DNA from: Chloroflexota bacterium
GTDB taxonomy: Bacteria; Chloroflexota; Limnocylindria; Limnocylindrales; CSP1-4
Length of the DNA stretch: 64,000 nt
Direction of reading: 5' to 3'
NCBI GenBank assembly: GCA_003141955.1
Contig: PLOC01000020.1
Coordinates: 26,287-90,286, forward strand
The notes below the pieces were generated by a model. It was not told the DNA's origin, did no database searches, and saw only the letters and a program-made list of their open reading frames with translations. A program made the position numbers and the translations under genes. Shown here in pieces: positions 18,756 to 28,527 of this stretch (positions are counted from its first letter, which is position 1; each line of letters starts with the position of its first letter).

Positions 18756-18807
18756 CCGCAACGGGAGTCTTACCCTGGAACCCCCACGGCCGGGGGATGC
18801 CCTCTCG

Positions 18808-19766
18808 GTGGCTGGCGTCGATGAGCCCACTGGTCACAATGAGCCGGGAATGGAGAGCCGCAGCTCCGCTCTGGAGTCTGGCCAGCCGTTCGAGGGTTCC
18901 TGGACTCATTCAAGTCGTTCAACGACACGTACGGCCACCCGGCCGGAGACGCGCTACTTGAGACGGTGGCTAAGGCGATCGTGGGCGCCATTCGCCAGAA
19001 CGACCGGGCCTACCGATATGGCGGCGATGAGTTCGCCCTCCTACTGCTCGGCGCTAGCAGCAACCACGCCGAGGAGGTAGCCGGTCGCGTGCGCGTGGCC
19101 GTGCGAGAGGCCGTGCGGGTTTCGCCCGTCGGAGGCGCGGGTCTGCCTTTCGGCGCGTCCGTAGGGGCGGCCCATTGGCCCGCCGACGGGCCGGGCAAGG
19201 CGGATCTCGTCAGCGCCGCGGATGCGGCCCTGTACCAGGCAAAGCGGCACCGGGCAGCGCGCGGCAGGAGCGCGGCAGAGGCCGCGCCGGAGGCAGTTCC
19301 GGGAGCGATTCTGGACGCCGCGAGGGACCTTCTGATGGCCTCCAGCGCGGATGAGGTTGCGCGGGTGACCCTCCGCCACGCGGCCGCCATCGTCGGCGCG
19401 CGCGATGGGCTGGTCGCCCTCGCAGAGGAGGTGCGCGACTCGTCCGCCGGCGCCGAGTCGACGCTGATGCGCCAGCTGGCGGGAATGGGCAGGTTCGAGG
19501 GGACCGGGCCGCCGATCCGTCGCGACGAGGGCTTCTGGGGCCGGTTGTGGTCTAGCGCCAGTGTGCTCACGGAGGACGAGAACGGAAAGGGGGTACTGCT
19601 GGGCCTCCCCATACCGGTCGACGGCCACGTCTCTGGCCTCATCGGAGTGGCACTTCCTGCCGCAGCCGTGGTCTCCCCCGAGCGGCTCCGGATGCTCGAC
19701 CACCTGGCAGCGCTGGCCGGAGCCGCCGTCCAGCGTCTCGTCCCTGCGGCGCCGGCGGCCGGATAG
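18808..19766 (+). pseudogene. GGDEF-GAF protein, apparently frameshifted near 18893-18900
   Basis: Frame 1, from GTG 18808, reads VAGVDEPTGHNE (a DxLTGLxNR-like start of a GGDEF domain). Frame 0, from about 18897, reads FLDSFKSFNDTYGHPAGDALL...RYGGDEFALLL...AALYQAKR, followed by a GAF-like domain. No ATG/GTG/TTG exists in frame 0 between the stop at 18840 and 18966. Confidence 0.5.
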
Positions 19767-20006
19767 CGAAGCCGGGGCCCGGGCGCCGGAGGGATCACTG
19801 GCGTCGCCCTGGGGAGCCCTGGCTCGGGCAGGCAACAAGTCCTCTGCCGCCTATACTCCCGGGGTGCGCCGCCTTCTTTGCATCGCAGCCCTGATCGGTC
19901 GGTTCTCCGGGCAGGGATACGTCTGGCGCGTGGCCCCCCCTCCGCGGCCCGTGCCGATTGAGAGGCCGTTCCAGGTGGACGGCCGGAACGGCACTTTCCT
20001 CGCCTG

Positions 20007-21683
20007 GTGGCTCGTTCGCTGATGTATGTCTGGCCCGCGCCTCCTCCTGGTTCCGGCCGGCGCCGGCCTTCGATCGTCGCGGCCGGCATCGCTCTCGCGC
20101 TCGTTGTGGCCATCGCCGGAGGGACCTACCTGACCGGTTCCGGGCAGACCGGTTCCGGGCAGACGGGTCCCGGACGCAGTTCGGGGCCTTCCGGATCCTC
20201 CACCGGCTCGGTTACCATTTTCGGTGGCGAGCCGTCCTCGCTCGACCCCGCGGTTCAGTCCGACATGGACAGCGCCCAGGTCGTGGCCCAGCTCTTCGAG
20301 TCTTTGACCGCGATCGATACGGCCGGGAATGTGCAGCCGGCCCTCGCGGACAGCTGGCAGAGCTCGAACGGCGGGGAGAGACTGGTCTTCCACCTCAGAT
20401 CCGGCCTGGTCTTTTCAGACGGCTCGCCCCTCGTTGCAGCCGACGTGATCTCGAGCTGGATGCGCGTCCTGGATCCTGCTCAGCCGAGCCAGCTTGCCTC
20501 GCTCCTGGACGACGTCGTCGGGGCTCAGGCGTACCGTGAAGGCAGCGGGGCAAAGTCGGCGGTCGGGTTGTCTGCGATCGGCGACGACCAGATCGAGGTT
20601 GATTTCACGAGCCCGTCGCCGGAATTCCCTGCCATCGCGGCGAGCCCTACCCTGGCCGTCGTCCCACCGACGATCGATTCCAACCCGAACGCCCTCACGC
20701 CGAACGGGTTCGTCGGCAGCGGTGCGTACATCCTGAGCGGTCTGACCGACACCGAGGTCACATTGACCGCCAACCGCCATTACTGGGCCGGAACGCCCTC
20801 GATCGCGACCGTGCACCAGCTCTTCTCCATCGGCGGCGACAGCCCGGTCTCCGACTTCGAGAGCGGCACGCTCGACTACACGCCGATCTCCTATGACGAC
20901 GCGTCGTGGATCGCGTACGACAAGACGCTCGGGCCGTTGCTGCACGTGGACCAATCGCCTTCGGTGGAGTTCTACGGCTTCGACACGTCGCGGCCGCCGT
21001 TCTCGGACGTTCACGTTCGACGCGCCTTCCAGATGGGGATCGACTGGCGAGGGATCATCGCCCTGCAGGCCGACCCGCTGATGCAGCCCGCCACAGGGAT
21101 GGTTCCGCCGGACGTGCCGGGGCACAGCGCCACCGATTTCGGGCCGGTCTTCAACCTCACCCAGGCCAGGGCGGAGCTTGCGGCGGCCGGCTATCCGAAT
21201 GGCGTCGGGTTTCCCAAGATCACGCTGGTCACCGCTGGCGCCCCGCTCGACGAGGCCATCGTGCGCCAGCTCCACGACAATCTCGGGATCGACATCGGCT
21301 ACGAGACGCGCGATTTTGCCTCGTATAACGAGGAACTGCTGACTAACCCGCCGGCCTTCTGGGAGATGGACTGGGTGGCCGACTATCCCGGGGCCAACGA
21401 CTTCCTTGGGCTTCTGCTCGGGACCGGAAAGACGAACAACTTCGGGCGGTGGAGTTCGAGCGACTTCGACAACGACATTGACCAGGCGCTGGCGGCGGGC
21501 GACCAGGCGTCCATGCAGCAAGCGCTGGATGGGGCCCAGGCGGTCGTTCTCGACCAGGCGCCGGTGATCCCAGTCGACTACGACGGGGGCTACTCGCTGG
21601 CGAAATCGAACCTTCTGGGGGCGGTCACGAACGGGCAGGGCCTGATGCGGTACGCCAGCCTGGCATGGGGGAGCGGCTCGTGA
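20007..21683 (+). CDS. ABC transporter substrate-binding protein, family 5 (peptide/nickel type)
   Basis: N-terminal anchor plus a Gly/Ser linker. The SBP family 5 body includes VFHLRSGLVFSDGSPLVAADVISSW. No permease or ATPase genes are adjacent. Confidence 0.8.
   Translation: MARSLMYVWPAPPPGSGRRRPSIVAAGIALALVVAIAGGTYLTGSGQTGSGQTGPGRSSGPSGSSTGSVTIFGGEPSSLDPAVQSDMDSAQVVAQLFESLTAIDTAGNVQPALADSWQSSNGGERLVFHLRSGLVFSDGSPLVAADVISSWMRVLDPAQPSQLASLLDDVVGAQAYREGSGAKSAVGLSAIGDDQIEVDFTSPSPEFPAIAASPTLAVVPPTIDSNPNALTPNGFVGSGAYILSGLTDTEVTLTANRHYWAGTPSIATVHQLFSIGGDSPVSDFESGTLDYTPISYDDASWIAYDKTLGPLLHVDQSPSVEFYGFDTSRPPFSDVHVRRAFQMGIDWRGIIALQADPLMQPATGMVPPDVPGHSATDFGPVFNLTQARAELAAAGYPNGVGFPKITLVTAGAPLDEAIVRQLHDNLGIDIGYETRDFASYNEELLTNPPAFWEMDWVADYPGANDFLGLLLGTGKTNNFGRWSSSDFDNDIDQALAAGDQASMQQALDGAQAVVLDQAPVIPVDYDGGYSLAKSNLLGAVTNGQGLMRYASLAWGSGS
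20133..20177 (+). repeat. tandem 15-bp repeat (2 perfect copies plus 1 degenerate) inside the SBP linker
   Basis: ACCGGTTCCGGGCAG x2, then ACGGGTCCCGGACGC. Encodes TGSGQ TGSGQ TGPGR. Confidence 0.6.
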
Positions 21684-23056
21684 TGCTGTCGGTGCGCCAC
21701 AGGATGGTCCGCGTCGCGCTGGTGGCGGCGGTGGCCGCCTGGGCTGCGATCGGGTCGAGCGCGGCGGCGGTTCTCGGCGCGTCGATCACGTTCGGGACGC
21801 CGACGGCCACCTCTACGTTCGGCAAGGGGATCGACTTCACCCAGCCGTACACAGGTGGCGGCACTTTCAGCGAGGTCGACATCGTAATCACCTATCCGGG
21901 CGGTTACGGACCGTCCGTGATCCAGCTGGAGAACCCGGGGGCGAGCAGCTTCGACTATCTGCTGGATACCTCGTCCGGAGAGATGCAGCCCAACACCCAA
22001 CTCATGGCCCATTTCGAGGTTGTCCTGGCGGACGGCACGGTGGCGACCGGGCCCGACATACGGGTCACGTACGCCGACGACAGGTTCCAATGGCAGACGA
22101 TGGTCGGGGGGATCGTCCGGCTGCACTGGTACGAGGGCGACGACACGTTTGCCAAGCAGGCGCTCCAGATGGGGGAGGATGGGATCGCCAAAGCGTCCGC
22201 TTTCCTGGGCTTCAACGAGACCGCCCCGATCGACTTCTTCGTCTACGCCGATCAGACGGCCTTCTACGACGCGCTCGGCCCCGGCACGCGTGACAACGTG
22301 GGCGGCGAGGCCAACCCGGACACGAGGACGCTATTCGCGCTGATAGCGCCCGGCGACCTCTCGTACGCCTCGACCGTGGTGCCCCACGAGCTGACACACG
22401 TGGTGTTCGGCGACATCACCCAGAATCCCTATCACGACCCTCCGCGCTGGCTGAACGAGGGGATCGCCGTCTACGTCTCTCAGGGGTTCGACAGCTCGGA
22501 CAAGCAACTGGTCGCGCAGGCAGTCTCAGACGGCACGCTCATGCCGCTGGCGGCCTTGAGCGGCGAGTTCCCGACGAGCCAGCAAGGGTTCTACCTGGCG
22601 TACGCCGAGTCGGTGTCGGCGGTGGACTACTTCGTGCGCACCTACGGCCAGGCCGATCTGGACAAGCTGGTCAAGGCGTACGGCACGGGAGCGTCCGACG
22701 ATGATGCTTTCAAGACCGCGATCGGCATCTCCACGGATGCGTTCGACAAGGCCTGGCCGAAGGCCAACGGAGGCACGGCCCTGGCGTCTTTCGGTCCTCA
22801 GCCGGAACCGACCGGCCCGGTCCCCTCGGACTGGACGAGTTCGGGAGCGGCCGGGTCGACCTCGCCTCCGACGCAGGTCCCGGCATCAACCGCGCCGCTG
22901 GGTGCGAGTGCGAGCCCAAACACGGGAGGCACCGGTCAGTCGCAGAAGGGGGCCCCGGCGATCGTCTACGTAATCGGCGCGGCAGTGGTCGCCGTGGCGC
23001 TCGTCCTGGTCGGAGTGGCGGTGTCGCGCCGCCGTTCGTCGCGAGGGGCGCCTTGA
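21665..23056 (+). CDS. MA-clan zinc metallopeptidase (Peptidase_MA_2-like) with C-terminal TM anchor
   Basis: HELTHVVF ... WLNEGIAVY (HExxH plus a downstream E). N-terminal signal. C-terminal Ser/Thr/Pro stretch, TM helix and RRR. Likely start at GTG 21680 or ATG 21683, overlapping the SBP stop. Confidence 0.65.
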   Translation: MGERLVMLSVRHRMVRVALVAAVAAWAAIGSSAAAVLGASITFGTPTATSTFGKGIDFTQPYTGGGTFSEVDIVITYPGGYGPSVIQLENPGASSFDYLLDTSSGEMQPNTQLMAHFEVVLADGTVATGPDIRVTYADDRFQWQTMVGGIVRLHWYEGDDTFAKQALQMGEDGIAKASAFLGFNETAPIDFFVYADQTAFYDALGPGTRDNVGGEANPDTRTLFALIAPGDLSYASTVVPHELTHVVFGDITQNPYHDPPRWLNEGIAVYVSQGFDSSDKQLVAQAVSDGTLMPLAALSGEFPTSQQGFYLAYAESVSAVDYFVRTYGQADLDKLVKAYGTGASDDDAFKTAIGISTDAFDKAWPKANGGTALASFGPQPEPTGPVPSDWTSSGAAGSTSPPTQVPASTAPLGASASPNTGGTGQSQKGAPAIVYVIGAAVVAVALVLVGVAVSRRRSSRGAP

Positions 23057-23202
23057 AGACGCTGCGAGGCGCCAATCCGGACGTCGCCACGCCCGAGGCC
23101 ACCGAACTTGGCTTGATCGGCCGCCACGGCCTGGCTCGGCTCTGATAGGCTGAGCGGCCATTATGGAGCGCGCGCCCTTCCGCTCAGCACAGGTCGAGAA
23201 CA

Positions 23203-23487
23203 GTGGCGTCCACTGATCAGGCTGTCGTCGAGTTCAGGCTCGGGGACGTCGTCCGATTGCGTCGGTCGCACCCGTGCGGCGGGCACGAGTGGCTCGTGGA
23301 CCGCCTCGGGGCCGATATCGGCCTGCGCTGCCAGGGCTGCGGCCGCCACGTCCTGCTCGATCGCCGGACGGTCGAGCGGCGGTCAACCGGGTTCGTGGCC
23401 CGGGGCGACCTGGCATTGAGTCGGGCCGTTGCCCCTACCGCTCGCGATGCCCACGACTCGCCTGCAGCCGGCGAGAGCGGGCGATGA
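23203..23487 (+). CDS. DUF951 family protein
   Basis: GDVVRLRRSHPCGGHEWLVDRLGADIGLRCQGCGRHVLLDR matches the DUF951 HPCG...C..CG core. GTG start. Confidence 0.7.
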   Translation: MASTDQAVVEFRLGDVVRLRRSHPCGGHEWLVDRLGADIGLRCQGCGRHVLLDRRTVERRSTGFVARGDLALSRAVAPTARDAHDSPAAGESGR

Positions 23488-25025
23488 ACATCCCAGGCCG
23501 CGCCGCGCGACAGGCAGGCGTCGTGAGCGCGCCGCGCTCCAGGGCTGACGCCAGACGCGCCACTGAGGTGGAGCCGGTTCAGGAATCGAGCGCCCTGGCA
23601 GTCCTGCGGAATCGGCCGTTCCTGCTGCTGTGGCTGGCCCAGCTCTCGACCCAGGTCGGCGGCAACATGGTCATCTACGGCCTGACGATCCTGATCACAA
23701 CTCAGACCGCCTCCTCAACGGCCGTGGGCGCCCTCCTGCTGAGCTTCCTCGTCCCGGCGATCGTCTTCTCGGCGATCGCCGGCGTCTTCGTCGATCGCGT
23801 GGACAAGCGCCACATGCTTCTCGTCACCAACGTGCTTCGCGGCCTGGCGTTCCTGGCGATCGTCCTCGTCCACAGCAACCTGGCGCTGCTGTACCTGCTG
23901 ATGATCTTCGTGGCGACGGTCACGACCTTCTTCGGCCCGGCCGAGGCGTCGATGATCCCCTTCCTGGTGCCCCGACGCCAGCTCCTCGCGGCCAACGGCC
24001 TCTTCACCCTCACGATGAACGCCGCCTTCGCCCTTGGCTTCGCCCTGGTCGGGCCTTTCCTCGTAGCCGTCGCCAGCCCGCAAGCGCTGATCGTGATCGT
24101 CGCCGTCCTGTACTTCGTGGCCGCGGGCTTCTGCTGGACACTGCCGTCGTCGCCTCCCGTGGGCGGCGACAGGGCCACCAAGGGGCAGGCCGTCGCAGAC
24201 GCCGAGCGCGCCGTCGAGACGATGTTCGGACAGCTGACCGAGGGACTGGCATACATCCGCGACCATCGTTCGGTGGGGTGGTCGCTGTCCTACCTTGGGA
24301 TCACGGGTGCGCTCATCGGCATCCTGGGGGTCCTCGGGCCCAAGTTCGCGACGACCACGCTGGACCTCGGAACCAAGGATTTCGTGGTCGTGGTCCTGCC
24401 TCTCGGGCTCGGGGTCGTGGCCGGAATCGTCGCTCTCAACGCGTACGGGCACCGGCTGCCGCGGCGACGCACCATCGAGGCGGGGATGATCACCATGGGC
24501 ATCCTGCTGGCGATTCTCTCGTTTGCCGGCCCAATCTCGCGCTTCCTGGAGGACAACGTCGCGGCTCAGATAGCGGAGTCCAGCCGTGTCGTTTCCGTGC
24601 TTTCCCTGGTTGTCGTCATCGCCTTCCTGGTTGGCTTTGCGTTCGCCATCGTCTCGATAGCTTCGCAAACCCAGCTTCAGGAAGAGCTGCCTGAGGACGT
24701 CCGGGGCCGGGTGTTCGGCGTGTTGAACATGCTGGTATCGATAGCCAGCCTTGCGCCCATCATCATCGTGGCCCCCGTGGCCGACTTCGTCGGCACGGAG
24801 GGCGTGATCCTGGTCGTTGCCATCATCGTCTGCCTGTGGGGGATCGCGAGCGTCGTCAGGCGCGGCGCGCTGCTGCCGTCCGAGGCGGAGGCGCGGGCCA
24901 GCACTCCGCCAACCGGCGCACCCGTCGACCCGATGAGCGTGGCGATCGTGCCGGCCGAGATGGCCGGCGGCACGAATTTGATCGCTCCGGAGCCTGGTCG
25001 AGACGGGACCCGGGTCCCACGATGA
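23484..25025 (+). CDS. MFS transporter
   Basis: About 12 TM segments. N-terminus FLLLWLAQLSTQVGGNM is typical of the EntS/DUF894-like MFS group. ATGA overlap with the DUF951 stop. Confidence 0.8.
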   Translation: MNIPGRAARQAGVVSAPRSRADARRATEVEPVQESSALAVLRNRPFLLLWLAQLSTQVGGNMVIYGLTILITTQTASSTAVGALLLSFLVPAIVFSAIAGVFVDRVDKRHMLLVTNVLRGLAFLAIVLVHSNLALLYLLMIFVATVTTFFGPAEASMIPFLVPRRQLLAANGLFTLTMNAAFALGFALVGPFLVAVASPQALIVIVAVLYFVAAGFCWTLPSSPPVGGDRATKGQAVADAERAVETMFGQLTEGLAYIRDHRSVGWSLSYLGITGALIGILGVLGPKFATTTLDLGTKDFVVVVLPLGLGVVAGIVALNAYGHRLPRRRTIEAGMITMGILLAILSFAGPISRFLEDNVAAQIAESSRVVSVLSLVVVIAFLVGFAFAIVSIASQTQLQEELPEDVRGRVFGVLNMLVSIASLAPIIIVAPVADFVGTEGVILVVAIIVCLWGIASVVRRGALLPSEAEARASTPPTGAPVDPMSVAIVPAEMAGGTNLIAPEPGRDGTRVPR

Positions 25026-25050
25026 CGGGCCGCGCCGCGGGACGGACGGC

Positions 25051-26457
25051 GTGAGGGCATCTGCACCGACACCCAAGGACGTAACGGCCACGCCGCTCGC
25101 CTGGCGGGTGGCCGCGGCGGGGATCCTCGCAGGGGGAGTCTCGGTGGGACTTGCGATGAGCCGGCCAGGGTTTGGGAGACTCGTCGCGCTCGGCACTGCC
25201 GGGGTCGCCATTGGGTGCGCGGTGCCGATGGCAATCGCGACGCGCCGGCCGCCCATCTCGCCGGAGTCGGCGGCGGCGGCCCTCGAGGCCCTTGCGACGC
25301 CGCCCACGTTCACGGTGCTGGTCGGAGCGCGTGACGAAGCCGACGTGCTGCCGCGGCTGGTGCGCGACGTGGCCCGCCAGGACCACCGATCGCCGGACGG
25401 GGAGCCTCTCTTCGAGCTGATCGTCGTGGATGACCGCTCGCTCGACGGCAGCGGAGAGGTCGTGGCGGCGGCAGCTCGGGATTTCGGGATCGAGAGGGTC
25501 ACACGCGTGATCCGGCGAGAAGGCGACGGCCTCCCGGACGGAAAGGGCGCGGCCCTGGCCGCCGCACAGCCCGATGTCTGCCGCGGAGACGTGATCCTGG
25601 TCCTCGATGCCGACGCGCGGATCGAGCCCTGCTTCCTGCGCCGTGCTGCGGGCTATTTCGCAGCAGGTGCGAACGCGGTGACTGCCAGGCGCCGAATACT
25701 CGACGCCGATAGCGGCTGGCTGGCCGGGGCTCAGGCCGATGAGCAGACCCTGGACGGCGAGCTCAACCGAGGTCGCTGGGCGATGGGCGGCTGCTCCGAG
25801 TTCCGAGGCAACGGGATCATGATCAGGCGGGAGTTGCTGGCCGCGGCGGGAGGCTGGAGGGCGGCCGCGCTGACCGAGGACATCGATCTCTCGAGCCGGG
25901 TAGCGGCGCTCACCGGCGAGCGAGTTGCGTGGGCAATCGACGCGGAAGTGTGGGAGGAACCGGTGCGGAGTCTCTCCGGGCTGTGGCGGCAGCGCCTACG
26001 TTGGGCCGAGGGGGGCTTCAGGCGCGCTCTCGAGCACGGACCGGCCGTGATCTCCAGCACCCGGCTGTCGGCCAGCGCGCGGCTGGATTTCGTTGCGTAC
26101 GTCGGTCAGCTGGCCGTTCCGGCGGTAGTGGCCGGCGCGGCGGCTGCGGCAGTGGTGACTGGCCGCAAGCGGTCGGTGGTCGCGCTCTTGGCCGGCTACC
26201 TGGGGGTCAGCGGCGGCCTGGGCTGGGACGCGTTGCGCTGGGAGAGAGCGGCCGACGGTGGAGCATTGGGTGGCGCCGAGCGAGCACGCCGCGCATTGCG
26301 GGTCTCGCTGTTCAACGGATTCTGGCTGGCGGTCGTGCCACGGGCGCTGCTGAACCTCGCCCTGCGAGGCGGCCCGGTGCGGTACGAGAAGATGGCGCAC
26401 GACGGGGCCGGAGGCGCGGGCTGGGACTACTCGGCGGGCGCTCCAGAGGAACGCTGA
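25051..26457 (+). CDS. membrane-embedded processive family-2 glycosyltransferase (synthase type)
   Basis: DDRSLDG, VLDADA (DxD), LTEDIDLS (TED) and WRQRLRWAEG (QxxRW) motifs, flanked by TM segments. Confidence 0.8.
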   Translation: MRASAPTPKDVTATPLAWRVAAAGILAGGVSVGLAMSRPGFGRLVALGTAGVAIGCAVPMAIATRRPPISPESAAAALEALATPPTFTVLVGARDEADVLPRLVRDVARQDHRSPDGEPLFELIVVDDRSLDGSGEVVAAAARDFGIERVTRVIRREGDGLPDGKGAALAAAQPDVCRGDVILVLDADARIEPCFLRRAAGYFAAGANAVTARRRILDADSGWLAGAQADEQTLDGELNRGRWAMGGCSEFRGNGIMIRRELLAAAGGWRAAALTEDIDLSSRVAALTGERVAWAIDAEVWEEPVRSLSGLWRQRLRWAEGGFRRALEHGPAVISSTRLSASARLDFVAYVGQLAVPAVVAGAAAAAVVTGRKRSVVALLAGYLGVSGGLGWDALRWERAADGGALGGAERARRALRVSLFNGFWLAVVPRALLNLALRGGPVRYEKMAHDGAGGAGWDYSAGAPEER

Positions 26458-26735
26458 CCCCGAACAGGCGGCGGCGGTCCATGGCGCGGGTAATCGCCGG
26501 ATAAGTCGCAGATAAGCGGCGGGGCATAGAGTCCCGGCATCGCACGTTGGGACCGCCCGAGTGCCCGCCCGAGGGGGCGGCCCCAACGGCGCCAGGGCCA
26601 GATCGTCGCCCCATGGACGGTGACTCGCCTGAGCTCGAAGGAGGTGCTTGCAGGCCTGTACCTATTCGCTCACCTGCCCGCCACGCTCGACCCCGCCGCA
26701 GGCAATGGATCCGCCCGCCGGAATGGGAGGAATTC

Positions 26736-27503
26736 ATGAAACGAGCATTCATGTGGCTCGTTTCGATGGCCGTCGCGGCTACGACGGTCGCGGCGCCAGG
26801 TCAGGCCGCCGCAGCCTACGACGCTCACGTGTGGTCCAACTCGGACGCGTTCAAGGTCGCGTGCTTGGGTGTCAACGACACCTATCCACAGCAGCTCTAC
26901 AGCTTGACCGTCACGCAGCTTGGCAAGCTGGGCTTCGGCCCCGTGTCAGGAGCTCTGGGATCTGGGTTCACTCGCGCTGCCGTCCTGGGCAACGTTCTGA
27001 GCGATTGGGCTGTGTATGTGCACAGCCACGGTGACAACTACTGGGCGGCGAGCGGCGCGCCCAACATCGACTCGGGGTTCCTCCAGGATCCCGGCTCGGG
27101 GAAGTGCAACTCGTCCAAGGACATCGTCAGGGCGAGCTCCATCAAAGCCGCCACTCAGGGGTCGTTCTACAACATCGTGATCATGTCGACCTGCATGCTG
27201 GGCTCGAACTCCAGCACGATGCCGGCCGCGTTCCAGATCGAGAAGACGAAGAAGGCCACCGACTACGAGTTCTACCTGGGCTACGTCTATCACACCTGGG
27301 ACAGCTCGAGCCTCCGGTTCGAGAAGGCGTTCTGGAGCTACGTCAACGGCGGGACGCCCGGCTCTCGAACCCTGGCGGCGGCTTTCGCCTACGCCTCGGG
27401 GATTGGCGGCTACGAGGCCGTCAGCTCAAGTGAGCCCTTCCAGGCCAACTGGTGGGGCGATCCCTATTACAGCGGAACGCCTCTCCGGCCGGTGGCGAGA
27501 TGA
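26736..27503 (+). CDS. secreted hypothetical protein with clan-CD-like His/Cys dyad
   Basis: Signal peptide MKRAFMWLVSMAVAATTVAAPGQAAA. A hydrophobic strand plus His (WAVYVHSHGDNYW), then about 55 aa later a hydrophobic strand plus Cys (FYNIVIMSTCMLG). GGAGG upstream. Confidence 0.5.
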   Translation: MKRAFMWLVSMAVAATTVAAPGQAAAAYDAHVWSNSDAFKVACLGVNDTYPQQLYSLTVTQLGKLGFGPVSGALGSGFTRAAVLGNVLSDWAVYVHSHGDNYWAASGAPNIDSGFLQDPGSGKCNSSKDIVRASSIKAATQGSFYNIVIMSTCMLGSNSSTMPAAFQIEKTKKATDYEFYLGYVYHTWDSSSLRFEKAFWSYVNGGTPGSRTLAAAFAYASGIGGYEAVSSSEPFQANWWGDPYYSGTPLRPVAR

Positions 27504-28432
27504 CCAAGATGCAAGCTTCAATCAGCAGCAGGAATGTCAAGTCGGCCGCGGGCCTGGGCATCGTGGCCTTGATGTGCCTGGCCGTCTCGGCCGGCCACAT
27601 CGCAGCGGCTCCGCGGCCCTCTGACCCCGGCAGCGCCGCTGAATCTGTGACTCGCGTCGAAGTGGCACTGGACGCGAGTGCGGACGCGGCGCTCATAACA
27701 CGCGAGGGCGAGACTCGAGACGCGTTGGGCTTCCCGGTCGGCGTCAAGCGCGCCGGACATCACGTGGTCGATGGCTTCGAGAACGCCGAGTACGACGAAG
27801 TCACGGAACTCGACTCGGCAGGCAACGTCGAGTCGGTCACTCAGTTTGACTCGAAGGGCCGTCTTCTCGGCGCCGTCCGTGTGGACGCCGCTCCCGTGAC
27901 GGGCCTCCGCGTCGCGCAGGATGGCGCCGTGAAGTCGGCGCAGCGGTCGGTCGTGGCTGCGGGCCTGGCCGTCGGAACCCCCACCTCGACCGAGGCCGAT
28001 CAGGCGACGGGCGGGTGGACGGTCCATTGGACTCGTACGCAAGACGGTGTGCGCGTGCGTGGAGACGAGACGCGCGTCCAGGTCTGGCCCGATGGGCGCA
28101 TCCAAAGCGTTGCCCGTTCGGAACATGACCTCGCTGCTGCGCCGGCGAGCCGGATTGGCTCGGCCACGGCCCGCCAGATCGCCGGCGCGAACCTCGACCG
28201 CTGGTTTGCCGGCCGGAACTCCGGATACACCATCCAGAAGGTGGACCTGGAGTGGGTCGGGCCCAACGCGGCCTTCGATCCGGCCAGGATCAACGGCGTC
28301 GAGGCCCCGTACCGGCTCGCCTGGGTCACCGAGGTGAAGCCATCGGGCGACGCAGCCAACGACGTTTGGCTGATGAGCCTCTTCGTCGACGCCGGAGACG
28401 GCACGGTCATCGGCGGAGATTTCGTGGAGTGA
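27500..28432 (+). CDS. secreted hypothetical protein with PepSY/propeptide-like repeats
   Basis: N-terminal anchor. The C-terminal module ...ATARQIAGANL...YRLAWVTEV...VWLMSLFVDAGDGTVIGGDF resembles PepSY/FTP domains. ATGA overlap with the upstream stop. Confidence 0.5.
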   Translation: MTKMQASISSRNVKSAAGLGIVALMCLAVSAGHIAAAPRPSDPGSAAESVTRVEVALDASADAALITREGETRDALGFPVGVKRAGHHVVDGFENAEYDEVTELDSAGNVESVTQFDSKGRLLGAVRVDAAPVTGLRVAQDGAVKSAQRSVVAAGLAVGTPTSTEADQATGGWTVHWTRTQDGVRVRGDETRVQVWPDGRIQSVARSEHDLAAAPASRIGSATARQIAGANLDRWFAGRNSGYTIQKVDLEWVGPNAAFDPARINGVEAPYRLAWVTEVKPSGDAANDVWLMSLFVDAGDGTVIGGDFVE

Positions 28433-28527
28433 AGCCGTGGGGCCAGGCCAGTCATGGCGGCCCCGCCATTCAGCGGCCCGCGGCCGTCCGGTTGGGCGGG
28501 CGCGGGCCGCTTCAGAAAGGGGATTGC

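Noticed and set aside
26457-26735. Short direct repeats (GATAAG x2; CGCCCGAG x2) in the 279-nt region upstream of the secreted cluster
   Set aside because: They are too short and too few to distinguish from chance, and no recognisable promoter or RNA motif is present.
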